DNA of 64,000 nt from an uncultured Gammaproteobacteria bacterium (GCA_964519725.1 CAZFKS010000001.1:49406-113405); one strand, 5' to 3'; shown: positions 1 through 10,255, counted from the stretch's first letter. A program made the numbers and translations. The notes: generated by a model not told the origin, from the letters alone.

Positions 1-57
1 ATTAATTGGTTCCCACGTTTTTGGATATTTGCCAGACGCTTATTTTATAATAATGAA

Positions 58-327
58 ATGTATTTATCTACCAAAACACTTGGCCCAATCACTGAAACCT
101 TAGGTTATGCCCCGCAAGTAAGTTATTTTATTAAAGCAAAAAATACCTTACTTGAATCTGATCCGGTTGAAGCACAAATAGCTAAACAATTTGAAGACAA
201 TATCACCGGGGCGGGGATCGAGCCAATTAAAATTATTTACCGCGATGATGGTCTGGAGGCGTTTCGAATCTACAAACTTCCAGATAATGTGCGGTTTAAG
301 TTTGAAGAACCAGCCTTTACAAATTAA
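58..327 (+). CDS. hypothetical small protein
   Basis: ORF of 89 aa, no recognisable motif; immediately upstream of PEP-utiliser protein. Confidence 0.3.
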   Translation: MYLSTKTLGPITETLGYAPQVSYFIKAKNTLLESDPVEAQIAKQFEDNITGAGIEPIKIIYRDDGLEAFRIYKLPDNVRFKFEEPAFTN

Positions 328-333
328 GGTTTT

Positions 334-1815
334 TTGTTAAGATGCCGGTATATGACCAATGAAGAGGCCCGTGAATATATTAAGTATACTGTGCCAGATG
401 TGCAGGGTGCGCCTGGTGCCTTTACGTTTGTAGAATTTGCCTATAATGCATATTCTGAAGCGCACACTATTTTTGGGCAAAATTTAAACCCACTTTTTGT
501 TCATTTTCGCGGTCAATTTTTTTCACAAATGACTGATCTAAACCGGATCTGTGATTTGATTAAAGGTATTTATCACACCTATCAAACTGACCGGACTGTG
601 CTTGATCATTACATTGATTTACACCGCAAGTATGAAAATGACATGACCACAGCCTGGAATAAATACGAGGCAGGCGAGGCTGATATCCACACGACTCTCA
701 CTGAGCTAAACACAGCGGCCCACGAGTGGTGGAAAATTAGTTTAGTTGAAGAAGAAAAGGGCGGCATTATTGAACAAGTAATCATTCCAAAGTTTGCTAA
801 TAAATTTAATCTTAGTACGACTGAGGCCCATGATTTGGTGCGCACTTTAGCCCAATCAGATGAGCTCTCAATCTTCATGGCTGAACGTGATTTGTTTTAT
901 CAAATTGCGGGTATTTATCATGACAATCCAGATTTAGCTAGCGCTGAACTGCGCGCTAAAATTTCTGAATATTTAGAAAAATTCTTTTGGTTTAAATCTA
1001 ATTTTTATCGTCCAGTCAAAATTACTCCTGAAGAATTGATTGAGGCGGCTAGTAAAACTACTCCGGCTGAAGTTGCACTGGAACAACAAAAGATTGCCAC
1101 AATTTTAGCTGATGCTGCGACTGCCAAAGAAGCGTGGGAACAGAAAATTTCTTTGTCTGACGATGATCGCGCCGAATTGTATTTTGCCAAGCGCGTAATT
1201 GAATGGCTTGATGTGCGCAAAGAGGGGATGATGCGCCACTTTTTTTACTTTGGGTTACTCATGGAAGTTTTGGCCGCGAAGTTTAATGTGACTTATGACC
1301 TAATGGCTTTATTTACTTTGCAGGAAATGCTAGAACTATCAGCCGAAACTTTGACTGAAGAAAAAATTAAAGCGGTTGAAACCAGAAATAATGGTCATTT
1401 AATTATTTTTAAAGATACTGATCGGGTTGAATTTCAAGACACTGAGGCCAATGAAATCTGGAATGAAATTATTAATAAACTAAAAATGAGTCAGGATTTA
1501 AAAGGAATGGTGGCCAGCAAAGGCAAGACCCCGACTGTAACTGGCCGTGTCGAAGTGATTCTTGATCCAGATAAAGAAACCTTTACTCCGGGTTCAATTT
1601 TAGTAACCACCATGACCCGGGTGGAATTTGTGCCACTCATGCACCAAGCTAAAGCCATTGTTACGGACGAAGGTGGACTGGCTTGTCACGCGGCGGTAGT
1701 TTCGCGCGAACTTGGTGTGCCTTGTATTATTGCGACCAAAAAAGCTACTCACACTCTTAAAACTGGCGACGAAGTTGAGCTAGACATGACGACTGGTAAA
1801 ATTGTAAAAATCTAA
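334..1815 (+). CDS. PEP-utilising enzyme mobile (phospho-histidine swivel) domain protein with unknown ~400 aa N-terminal region
   Basis: C-terminal ~90 aa ...GGLACHAAVVSRELGVPCIIATK... matches PEP synthase / PPDK / rifampin-phosphotransferase His-swivel domain; no TIM-barrel PEP-binding domain. Confidence 0.6.
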   Translation: MLRCRYMTNEEAREYIKYTVPDVQGAPGAFTFVEFAYNAYSEAHTIFGQNLNPLFVHFRGQFFSQMTDLNRICDLIKGIYHTYQTDRTVLDHYIDLHRKYENDMTTAWNKYEAGEADIHTTLTELNTAAHEWWKISLVEEEKGGIIEQVIIPKFANKFNLSTTEAHDLVRTLAQSDELSIFMAERDLFYQIAGIYHDNPDLASAELRAKISEYLEKFFWFKSNFYRPVKITPEELIEAASKTTPAEVALEQQKIATILADAATAKEAWEQKISLSDDDRAELYFAKRVIEWLDVRKEGMMRHFFYFGLLMEVLAAKFNVTYDLMALFTLQEMLELSAETLTEEKIKAVETRNNGHLIIFKDTDRVEFQDTEANEIWNEIINKLKMSQDLKGMVASKGKTPTVTGRVEVILDPDKETFTPGSILVTTMTRVEFVPLMHQAKAIVTDEGGLACHAAVVSRELGVPCIIATKKATHTLKTGDEVELDMTTGKIVKI

Positions 1816-1817
1816 GT

Positions 1818-2414
1818 ATGTCCCAGACATTGTTTGTTTGGGATTTAGCTGACACTTTGTTTTACCAAAAGTGGAATACTGAGCACATGCAAGCAGCCGA
1901 TCCTATTGCTTGGATGGCGAGAGAAGGACTTGATGCCAGCACACCACTCCAGTACGAAAAAAATTTCAAAGCTATTTTTACGGCCGGCACACCGGTGGAT
2001 TTGGCACTAATGCCAGATTATGCTGAAGTGCTCAGCCAGACCGCTGATAATCAAGCGTTTACCACTGGAAATGTTGAACAAGTAGATTGGCGCGCCGAGT
2101 ATTTAAATCCGCAAGTGGGTTTTGACATAAAAAAATATTTCAGCAAAATCGTTAGCACCTTTGAATTTGCGCCAACCAATTTAAAAACTGAAGCCGTAAT
2201 TGAGGCTTATTTAAAAAGAGAAGCTGCATTATATAAAAAACTGGTTTACACTGACAATGATTTGGCGAACTGCGCGTTGTTTTATAAAGTTGGACAAAAA
2301 TATTTTTCTGATGTCAAGATATTTCATTTTAAAAATGACAGACTCGGAGTACGTCCACAGGCTTGGTACATTGAGATTGGCGCTTTGACTGACCTCATTG
2401 AATTTTTCAAATAA
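1818..2414 (+). CDS. hypothetical protein
   Basis: 198 aa ORF tightly following previous gene; weak HAD-like DxxDT N-terminal motif only. Confidence 0.35.
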   Translation: MSQTLFVWDLADTLFYQKWNTEHMQAADPIAWMAREGLDASTPLQYEKNFKAIFTAGTPVDLALMPDYAEVLSQTADNQAFTTGNVEQVDWRAEYLNPQVGFDIKKYFSKIVSTFEFAPTNLKTEAVIEAYLKREAALYKKLVYTDNDLANCALFYKVGQKYFSDVKIFHFKNDRLGVRPQAWYIEIGALTDLIEFFK

Positions 2415-2477
2415 GAATATTGTACACAATTTATCCACCTAAAATTTTATTGGCTCTAACTAGCCATTTTTTTGCGA

Positions 2478-2506
2478 TTGATTGGTCATATATTTTTTGT
2501 GATAAT
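2478..2506 (+). promoter_or_regulatory. sigma70-type promoter TTGATT-17-TGtGATAAT (extended -10)
   Basis: read directly: TTGATT 2478-2483, 17-nt spacer, TGT+GATAAT 2498-2506, ~30 nt upstream of ATG 2540. Confidence 0.45.
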
Positions 2507-2539
2507 ACTTATTGTTCACCGCGACTTAACTTTCAAAAT

Positions 2540-2899
2540 ATGACAAAAAATGCAGAAATAAATTTTTCACCTGAACCAACCCTGCGGTCAATTGAAGATA
2601 AAATTGGCTCAATTGAAAATACCATGAACAAAAATTTTAAGGTTTTATTTGAGGCGGTGACTAAAAACACTGGTCAAATTTTAGCCGTTGATGAGAAAGT
2701 TAATCATGTCCAAACTGATGTGGCTGAGCTAAAAACTGATATGGGGCGGGTGCAAACCCACCTACACAGCATAGACGAACGCTATGAGCGTCTGGAAGTA
2801 ATGATTTCTGGTCTTGATACTCGAACAAAAGAAGATACTGATGCTCTAACTTTTGAAATTGTGAAAATAAAAGAGCACTTACGCAAGAAAAGCGAGTGA
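2540..2899 (+). CDS. coiled-coil hypothetical protein (120 aa)
   Basis: Internal ATG 2540 (MTKNAEINF...) after promoter; heptad-rich charged sequence; upstream part of the 2420 ORF overlaps promoter. Confidence 0.4.
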   Translation: MTKNAEINFSPEPTLRSIEDKIGSIENTMNKNFKVLFEAVTKNTGQILAVDEKVNHVQTDVAELKTDMGRVQTHLHSIDERYERLEVMISGLDTRTKEDTDALTFEIVKIKEHLRKKSE

Positions 2900-3046
2900 G
2901 AACTTTAAATAAATCTAATAAAGGTTGATGGAAGCCGGGCCGAACTAAAAAGCTAAGGCCCGGCGCGTCCGGCACCAAAGCTTGAACGAATAATGGCAGA
3001 AGACTTGTTTTTTCTGGTTTTTTGTGTTAATTTAGAGAAATATTTT

Positions 3047-4009
3047 ATGAACTTTCTCAAATCTTTTTCTGAGATTAATAAAAGCAGCGTCAATGACGCC
3101 GGCGGCAAAGGCGCTTCACTTGGCGAAATGACCCAGGCTGGGATTCCAGTGCCAGGTGGTTTTGTGGTTTTAGCCAGAGCCTTTGACCGATTTATTGAAG
3201 AAACTCATTTAAAAGAAGAGATTACCGCACGCCTAGCAGAAGTTAATCCAGCTGATTTAAGCAGTGTGGATCGGGTCAGTAATATTCTCCGCGACGTGAT
3301 TCACTCCACCCCAATGCCCGCTGACCTGAACGCTGAAATTATGGCGGCGTTTACTGAATTAGGTTCAGAATTTGTCGCGGTTCGTTCCAGTGCCACGGCC
3401 GAAGATTCTTCTAGCGCTAGTTGGGCCGGGGAATTAGAAACATATTTGAATACCACCAGCGAAACTGTTTTAGAACGCGTGCGCCAGTGCTGGTCATCAT
3501 TATTTACGCCGCGCGCTTTATTTTATCGTCATGAGAAAGGTTTAATTAACGCGCATGTTTCAGTCGCCGTGGTCATTCAAACCATGGTGCAATCTGAAAT
3601 TTCTGGAATTGCGTTTACCGTGCACCCAGTGACTGAAGACAAAGACCAAATGATCATCGAGGCGGCACTTGGTCTAGGCGAAGCCATTGTTGGTGGCCTG
3701 GTCACACCTGATAGTTATGTAATTAGCAAAAGCCAAATGAGTATCATGGACATTTCCATTGGTGAACAAACCCGTAAATTACAAAAGCGAAGTGGTGCTG
3801 GTGAAAAATCTGAACAGGGTAATAATCACTGGGTAGAATTAGGCCCAGAAGGTAGTAAACAAAAATTAACTGGCAAGCAAATTATTGAGCTCGCTGGCCT
3901 GTGTCAAAATATTGAAAATCACTATGCTTTCCCGTGCGATATTGAATGGGCCTTTGCTGAAGGTAAATTTTTCATTACCCAAAGCCGCCCAATTACGACC
4001 TTAAAATAA
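3047..4009 (+). CDS. PEP synthase / pyruvate phosphate dikinase N-terminal ATP-grasp (PPDK_N) domain protein
   Basis: MNFLKSFSEINKSSVNDAGGKGASLGEMTQAGIPVPGGFVV... is the classic PPDK_N nucleotide-binding N-terminus; stand-alone 320 aa. Confidence 0.65.
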   Translation: MNFLKSFSEINKSSVNDAGGKGASLGEMTQAGIPVPGGFVVLARAFDRFIEETHLKEEITARLAEVNPADLSSVDRVSNILRDVIHSTPMPADLNAEIMAAFTELGSEFVAVRSSATAEDSSSASWAGELETYLNTTSETVLERVRQCWSSLFTPRALFYRHEKGLINAHVSVAVVIQTMVQSEISGIAFTVHPVTEDKDQMIIEAALGLGEAIVGGLVTPDSYVISKSQMSIMDISIGEQTRKLQKRSGAGEKSEQGNNHWVELGPEGSKQKLTGKQIIELAGLCQNIENHYAFPCDIEWAFAEGKFFITQSRPITTLK

Positions 4010-4010
4010 T

Positions 4011-4667
4011 ATGTACACTGAACTTGAAAAAAAAGTTTTAACGCACACGGCACAAAAAGTAAAAGAGTTGTTTGCCAAGTACCCAGTGCCAGCTCATAGC
4101 TTTCCGCACGCAGAAGCAGTGGCTAATTATGCCCAAAGAATTGGCACCAAAGAAAACGCAAATAGTGTTTTTATGTGTGAAATGGCGGGATATTTGCATG
4201 ATATTGGCCGCGCACCTGAAAGTTATGATCTTGGTTATACTCATGAGCCATCAGATCAAAATGAAAAGGGTCACCACGAATTATCATACTTACTACTAAA
4301 AGATTGGTTGTTGGACGATAAGGTTTTACGGGACAATCTAACTCCAGCGCAAAAAAATGAATTGCTCTACGCTGTTCGCAATCACTGGAATAATTTTGCT
4401 GATCGTTATGATACAGCCTGGATTTTACGTGACGCTGACAAATTAAATTTGTTTGGAACTGAGGGTCTAAACAGACAATTAGAGCATAATGCCCCAGACG
4501 AAACTAGAATTTCCCGCAGTATTCGTTATAGTTTTGATAACTATTTCTGGTTTAAAACTAAAACTGCCCGCGAAATTGTGAGTGAACCTGGTATGGTCGA
4601 AGCCCTGACTAATTATTACGCAGATTTTTTGCGGGCCCGTGTAAAAGACGTCCATGACTACAAATAA
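4011..4667 (+). CDS. HD-domain phosphohydrolase
   Basis: H...HD motif (SFPHAEAV ... YLHDIGR); translationally coupled to PPDK_N gene. Confidence 0.55.
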   Translation: MYTELEKKVLTHTAQKVKELFAKYPVPAHSFPHAEAVANYAQRIGTKENANSVFMCEMAGYLHDIGRAPESYDLGYTHEPSDQNEKGHHELSYLLLKDWLLDDKVLRDNLTPAQKNELLYAVRNHWNNFADRYDTAWILRDADKLNLFGTEGLNRQLEHNAPDETRISRSIRYSFDNYFWFKTKTAREIVSEPGMVEALTNYYADFLRARVKDVHDYK

Positions 4668-5709
4668 AAAAATAAAAGTATTAGCCTTTTTATCTGGCGG
4701 CGTGGACTCATCAGTCACGGCCGCGCTTTTGGTGCGCGCTGGTTATGATGTTACCGCTGCGTTCATGATTAATTATGATAATGATGGTGATTCCAACTGC
4801 TGGCGCACAGATTGGCGTGATGCCGCCCGTGTGGCCAGTCACCTCGGCATTCCGTTAATTCGCCTAGACTTTAGTAAAGAGTACAAAGCTAAAGTTCTGG
4901 ACGAAGTGTACCGCGAATATAGCGCTGGACTTACCCCAAACCCAGATATTTTGTGTAATGAATATATTAAATTTGGGGCTTGGCTAGATAAAGCCAAAGC
5001 CCTTGGTTTTGATTATATCGCGACTGGCCACTATGCCACGATTAAAAAAACTGGAAAAATTTTTAGTTTAGCTAAATCCAAAGATACTAAAAAAGACCAA
5101 ACGTATTTCTTACACCGCTTAAATCAGGCACAGCTCAGCCGTACTTTATTTCCAATTGGAAATTACACCAAGCTACAGGTGCGAGCGCTCGCTAAAAAAT
5201 TTAAACTCCCAACTGCCCTCCGCAGCGAAAGCATGGGAATTTGTTTTATTGGTGAAGTGCCGATGCGCGAATTTTTGGATAAAAAAATTACAGCCAAACC
5301 AGGTAAAATTCTAAACGAGGCTGGCAAAACCATTGGTAAACACACTGGTTTAGGTTTTTACACTATTGGTCAGCGCCATAATTTAGGCGTAGAGACTGGC
5401 GAACCACTGTTTGTTCTGAGCAAAAATCCCAAGGCTAACACCATCACGGTCGGACCACTCAAAGCCGAGGGGCTGTGGGGGAGTGAATGCACCCTGTCTC
5501 GCGTCCACTGGATTCATGGACAGCCCCCACGGCTTCCTGTACAGTTAGAAGTGCGCTGGCGTCATGGTCAGGATTTCCAAAAAGCACAGCTAAGTGTAGG
5601 CAAAAAATCAACCTTAACTTTTGCCAAACCACAGCGCGGCTTAACTCCTGGTCAGTCAGCCGTTTTTTACCATAATAACCTCTGCCTTGGCGGCGGAATT
5701 ATTTCTTAA
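4654..5709 (+). CDS. mnmA: tRNA-specific 2-thiouridylase MnmA
   Basis: PP-loop SGGVDSS near N-terminus, full-length MnmA/TrmU-like sequence. Confidence 0.85.
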   Translation: MTTNKKIKVLAFLSGGVDSSVTAALLVRAGYDVTAAFMINYDNDGDSNCWRTDWRDAARVASHLGIPLIRLDFSKEYKAKVLDEVYREYSAGLTPNPDILCNEYIKFGAWLDKAKALGFDYIATGHYATIKKTGKIFSLAKSKDTKKDQTYFLHRLNQAQLSRTLFPIGNYTKLQVRALAKKFKLPTALRSESMGICFIGEVPMREFLDKKITAKPGKILNEAGKTIGKHTGLGFYTIGQRHNLGVETGEPLFVLSKNPKANTITVGPLKAEGLWGSECTLSRVHWIHGQPPRLPVQLEVRWRHGQDFQKAQLSVGKKSTLTFAKPQRGLTPGQSAVFYHNNLCLGGGIIS

Positions 5710-5710
5710 T

Positions 5711-7627
5711 ATGGAACTTCATACCAAACAAGGCCTCTGGCGCTCAGCTTTTGCCCTGATTTTAGCGGTAGTTTATGATTGGATTTTTTATCAAAAAGGT
5801 CTGGGGTTAAATTTTCCAATTTTCATGACCGTGGCTCTGGTTGGGTTTGCGATTTTATCAGCTAACACTAAACAATTACGCAACCAATTTGCCTGGTGGT
5901 TAACCTTGCCACTATTGGCTTTATCCGCTGCCCCAGCTATTTACAGCAATACTTACGCACACATTGCCGCCCCAATTTTAGCTGGGCTCACCTTTGTTTG
6001 GTTCACCCTGATCATGACGGTTAACCTCAAAGGTCTTGGACTACATCTTAGTGGTTTGGCTTTTCCAAAACACCTCGATGCGCTCGTAACTAATTGGCGC
6101 GGCGTGTACAGTGATGCATTTTCTTGGCGTGAAGGTCAGGCCAAGAAAGTAGTGTGGGGGATTGTGATTGCGTTTCCACTTTTAATTATTTTCGCAACGC
6201 TCCTCGCGAGCGCTGACCAAATTTTTGCCGAGTGGCTGAAAAATTTAAATATTTGGGAAGGAATTTGGCGCGTGTTCCGCACCGTCATGATGACTCTATT
6301 TGCAGCGGCGTTCTTGTACTTACTTGGTAGTGACAAAAATGCCATGAGCGAAAAAATTCAGAAAGTTTTCAAAATGGAAGCGGTTACAGTTGGTATTGTC
6401 CTGGCTTTGCTCAATGCTTTATTTGGTTTATTTGTTTTCATTCAAATTAAATATTTATTTGGTGGCGCTGAATTTGTTCTGGCCAACAACGTGACCTTCG
6501 CTGACTATGCGCGCAATGGTTTCTTTGAATTAGTCCGGGTCTTAATTTTGGCGGCGGTCATTATTATCTTGGTGCACCGGTCATTTTCTCACCATGGTAG
6601 TCACCCGGTGATTAATACTTTACAAGCAGTTTTCATTGCCCAAATCGGGGTCGTGGCCTACAGTGCGCTGTACCGCATGAACATTTATCAGGACGCATTT
6701 GGTTTCACCTCGCTCCGCCTCTACGTTGAGTGGTTTATTTACTCACTCTTTGCCATGCTCATTTGGTCTGGTATTGCCCTGGTTAGTAAAATTTCTTTCC
6801 GTCGCTTTTTCCTGGTTGGCGCCAGTATGGCCGTAGTGGTTGCGGCGACTGTCTCTCTCGTTAATGTTGATTATTTAATTGCGGCCGAAAACATTAATCG
6901 CTTCTTGGAAAAAGATAAAGGTTTAGATGTCAATTACCTCAGTACTTTATCCCAAGACACTGTCCCAGCCTGGGAAAAAATAACTACACCAGCTAATTTT
7001 GTAAAATTAAATATTACTCAACAATTGACCGTTGAAGATACCTTGAAGCGTTATGGTGCAGAAAATGCTAGTAGTACGGCGTTAGCATTTACTTGGTCAG
7101 AGTATAAAACTAATCAAAAGCTTTCCGCCATGCAAGGTGCAATTGCTGAACCACTTACAGCGGCCCACAGCAAAGATACTTGGTACAATCTTACCCAGCA
7201 ACAAGTCCAAAATAACTTAGGCAATTACTTGGGTAATTGTTTGCGCTTACCAACTGATGCGAGCGGAGTGGATAAAAATGATTTAAGACTAATTCCAATC
7301 GAAACAGTCACTGATGTCCGCTGTGTGGAAATTGGCGCCAACCCAACTCGTCAAGCCGAATTAGTAATTAAAACTAATTACAATAATCAGGACTACACCA
7401 AAAATACTCAAACCTATAGTTACCGCGTCGTAGTTCAAGATGGTCAAAATGTAAAAACTGAATTTCAAACTGAACTGAAAACCATAGATGAATTTGGTGG
7501 TCTAGATTACAGTTTACAAAAGAACGGCGATTTAGTAGAATTTGATTTCAATAACCGCGATATTATTCAGTACACTATTAGTGAAAATAAACTCCAAAAA
7601 ACTAGTTTATATGCTCAAGTCCAGTGA
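5711..7627 (+). CDS. polytopic membrane protein with C-terminal extracytoplasmic domain
   Basis: ~10 predicted hydrophobic helices in first 370 aa; start moved to ATG 5711 to avoid overlap with mnmA. Confidence 0.45.
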   Translation: MELHTKQGLWRSAFALILAVVYDWIFYQKGLGLNFPIFMTVALVGFAILSANTKQLRNQFAWWLTLPLLALSAAPAIYSNTYAHIAAPILAGLTFVWFTLIMTVNLKGLGLHLSGLAFPKHLDALVTNWRGVYSDAFSWREGQAKKVVWGIVIAFPLLIIFATLLASADQIFAEWLKNLNIWEGIWRVFRTVMMTLFAAAFLYLLGSDKNAMSEKIQKVFKMEAVTVGIVLALLNALFGLFVFIQIKYLFGGAEFVLANNVTFADYARNGFFELVRVLILAAVIIILVHRSFSHHGSHPVINTLQAVFIAQIGVVAYSALYRMNIYQDAFGFTSLRLYVEWFIYSLFAMLIWSGIALVSKISFRRFFLVGASMAVVVAATVSLVNVDYLIAAENINRFLEKDKGLDVNYLSTLSQDTVPAWEKITTPANFVKLNITQQLTVEDTLKRYGAENASSTALAFTWSEYKTNQKLSAMQGAIAEPLTAAHSKDTWYNLTQQQVQNNLGNYLGNCLRLPTDASGVDKNDLRLIPIETVTDVRCVEIGANPTRQAELVIKTNYNNQDYTKNTQTYSYRVVVQDGQNVKTEFQTELKTIDEFGGLDYSLQKNGDLVEFDFNNRDIIQYTISENKLQKTSLYAQVQ

Positions 7628-9542
7628 AATTCGTCAGCGTTACTTAGATTTTTTTGCGCGTGAGGGTCACACGGTCATGCCATCATCGTCATTATTACCA
7701 AATAATGACCCGACCACACTCTTTACTGGCTCAGGCATGCAACCAATGATTGCCTATCTTCTGGGCGAACCACACCCAAGTGGTAATCGATTGACTGATT
7801 CCCAAAAATGTTTTCGCTCTCAAGATATCGAAGAAGTAGGGGATAATCGTCACACCACTTTTTTTGAAATGCTTGGTAACTGGTCACTGGGTGATTATTT
7901 TAAAGCTGAACAAATTCCGTGGATGTGGAATTTTTTGACAGATACTGAAGTCGGCTTAGGACTGGATCCACAGCATTTATACTTCACTTGTTTTCGCGGC
8001 AACGAAACTTTAAACATTCCCCGTGACACCGAGTCAGCTGAAACCTGGCAGAAACTTTTTGCCGAAAAAGGAATTGATGCCAAAATTGTTGATTTTCCAG
8101 AACGTGATGGCATGCAGGGTGGTAAGATTTTTTATTACGATGAAAAGAAAAACTGGTGGAGCCGAGCTGGTGTGCCAAGTAAAATGCCAGTTGGTGAGCC
8201 AGGCGGACCAGACACAGAAATGTTTTGGGACTTTGCGCCACAGTGTGGTGACAATCATTTGAACGGTGACAGTGACAAAGCCAAGTGGGGCGAAGTTTGC
8301 CATGTTAATTGCGATTGTGGACGCTTCATGGAAATTGGAAACAATGTGTTCATGCAGTACCGAAAAATTGAAACCGGTTTTGAAGAATTACCACAAAAAA
8401 ACGTGGACTTTGGGGCTGGCTTAGAACGTATGGCTGCAGCCGTGATTAATAACCCAGATGTGTTTGCGATTGATATTTTTCAAGATATTATTAAAAAATT
8501 GTCTGAGTTATCTGGCAAAACTTATGGCACAGACGAACGCACGGTGTATGCCTTTCGCGTCATTGCTGACCACATTCGCGCCGCGACTTTTCTAATTAAT
8601 GACGGTGCGTTTCCATCTAACAAAGACCAGGGTTATTTTACCCGCCGCTTAATTCGCCGCGCTGTTCGGTACGCTAACAACTTGGAAATTAAACAAAATT
8701 TCTGTGCTGACTTAGCGCAAAACATTGCGGAAAAATATCAAACTGCGTATCCAGATTTATTTGCTAAAATTGATAGTGTTAAAGCTGAATTAGACAAAGA
8801 AGAAACTAAATTCAAGCGCACGATTAATGATGGAATTAAAAAATTTGCCGAACTTACCAAAAATTTGAGTGCGGGCACGAGTATTCCAACTGAGCAAGTG
8901 TTTGATTTGTACCAATCATATGGTTTTCCGTTTGAAATTACCCAAGAATTAGCGGCTGAACGCGGCCTTGCCGTTGATGAAACCGCTTTCCGCGCTGAAG
9001 TCAAAAAACATCAAGAACAATCCCGGGCTGGTTCTGAACAAAAATTCAAAGGTGGTTTAATTGACCATTCGGACATGAGTGTGAAATATCATACCGCTAC
9101 CCATTTATTACATTCAGCGGTTTTGGAAATTCTAGGCCCGCACGCAGTGCAAAAGGGGAGTAATATAACACCAGAACGTCTTCGTTTTGATTTTGCGCAC
9201 AATGACAAACTAACTGACGAACAATTAAAGAAAATTGAAGATTTGGTCAATGCCGCAATCAAACGCGACTACCCAGTATCATTCCAAATTATTCCTATTG
9301 CCGAAGCGCGCGCTAAAAAAGCGATTGGTCTGTTTGGTGACAAATACGAAGAAATGGTCAAAGTCTATACGATTGGTGATCCGAGTGAAATTGCGGTGGC
9401 TGACCCAACTGCCCCATGTTTTAGTCGTGAATTTTGTGGCGGCCCACACGTTGAACACACTAATTTGATTGGACACTTTAAAATCCTCAAAGAGGAGGCA
9501 ATTAGTGCTGGGATCCGCCGGATCAAAGCCATTGCTGAGTAA
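7611..9542 (+). CDS. alaS: alanyl-tRNA synthetase (short form lacking C-Ala domain)
   Basis: N-terminal AlaRS catalytic motifs (FTGSGMQP, FEMLGNWSLGDYFK), editing-domain HxxxH and CGGPH; 644 aa from ATG 7611. Confidence 0.85.
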   Translation: MLKSSEIRQRYLDFFAREGHTVMPSSSLLPNNDPTTLFTGSGMQPMIAYLLGEPHPSGNRLTDSQKCFRSQDIEEVGDNRHTTFFEMLGNWSLGDYFKAEQIPWMWNFLTDTEVGLGLDPQHLYFTCFRGNETLNIPRDTESAETWQKLFAEKGIDAKIVDFPERDGMQGGKIFYYDEKKNWWSRAGVPSKMPVGEPGGPDTEMFWDFAPQCGDNHLNGDSDKAKWGEVCHVNCDCGRFMEIGNNVFMQYRKIETGFEELPQKNVDFGAGLERMAAAVINNPDVFAIDIFQDIIKKLSELSGKTYGTDERTVYAFRVIADHIRAATFLINDGAFPSNKDQGYFTRRLIRRAVRYANNLEIKQNFCADLAQNIAEKYQTAYPDLFAKIDSVKAELDKEETKFKRTINDGIKKFAELTKNLSAGTSIPTEQVFDLYQSYGFPFEITQELAAERGLAVDETAFRAEVKKHQEQSRAGSEQKFKGGLIDHSDMSVKYHTATHLLHSAVLEILGPHAVQKGSNITPERLRFDFAHNDKLTDEQLKKIEDLVNAAIKRDYPVSFQIIPIAEARAKKAIGLFGDKYEEMVKVYTIGDPSEIAVADPTAPCFSREFCGGPHVEHTNLIGHFKILKEEAISAGIRRIKAIAE

Positions 9543-9544
9543 GT

Positions 9545-9988
9545 ATGTTGCCGGTCAAAAATCTCCTTGCAAAACTCTGGGGTTACCGTGCCCAATTTTT
9601 GCGGTACTTTATTGTGGGCGGGACTGCCTTTATCCTGGACATGAGCAGTCTGTACTTTATTAAAGAGTACTTTGACCTGGAACCTGTCCAGGCAGTAATC
9701 ATTAATCAGGCCTTTATTTTGGCCTATGTCTTTGCTCTGAATAAAAAATGGTCCTTTGGGGCCAGTGGAGCTACCCACCGTCAATTGGTCCGCTTCCTCA
9801 CTCTAGCCGCCTTTAACTACCTAGTTTCTGTGGGCTGGATCTGGTTTTTCTCCCATATTTTGGGTGTTTACTACCTAATTGCCCGGGTCAGTAACATTAT
9901 TTTAGCCACCAGTTGGAACTTTCTCCTCTACAAACACTGGGTTTATGTGCATAAAACCCCGGCTGAACCCCTTGACAAGACCCTCTAA
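9545..9988 (+). CDS. GtrA-family membrane protein
   Basis: FLRYFIVGGTAFILD... GtrA-like 4-TM small protein. Confidence 0.6.
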   Translation: MLPVKNLLAKLWGYRAQFLRYFIVGGTAFILDMSSLYFIKEYFDLEPVQAVIINQAFILAYVFALNKKWSFGASGATHRQLVRFLTLAAFNYLVSVGWIWFFSHILGVYYLIARVSNIILATSWNFLLYKHWVYVHKTPAEPLDKTL

Positions 9989-10000
9989 GCCCACTATAAT
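9972..10000 (+). promoter_or_regulatory. consensus sigma70 promoter for infA (TTGACA-17-TATAAT)
   Basis: TTGACA 9972-9977, 17-nt spacer, TATAAT 9995-10000, 20 nt upstream of infA ATG; lies in 3' end of GtrA gene. Confidence 0.6.
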
Positions 10001-10020
10001 AGGGCAGTAATTTTCTTGAC

Positions 10021-10236
10021 ATGCCAAAAACAGACGCTATTGAAGTGCGCGGCCGGATTGAAGAAGTTCTTCCGGGCGCGAAATTCCGGGTCATTCTAGA
10101 GAATGCCCACGAAGTTATTGCCCATTTGTCAGGGAAAATGCGCGTGAATAATATTCGCCTTGGCGTAGGTGATGAAGTCAAAGTAGAATTGACTCCATAC
10201 GACCTAACCAAAGGACGGATTACGTTCCGTTTCTAA
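10021..10236 (+). CDS. infA: translation initiation factor IF-1
   Basis: 71 aa, S1-like IF-1 sequence [15 protein letters not shown]... Confidence 0.9.
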   Translation: MPKTDAIEVRGRIEEVLPGAKFRVILENAHEVIAHLSGKMRVNNIRLGVGDEVKVELTPYDLTKGRITFRF

Positions 10237-10255
10237 AATTAATACTTGCTAAAAA

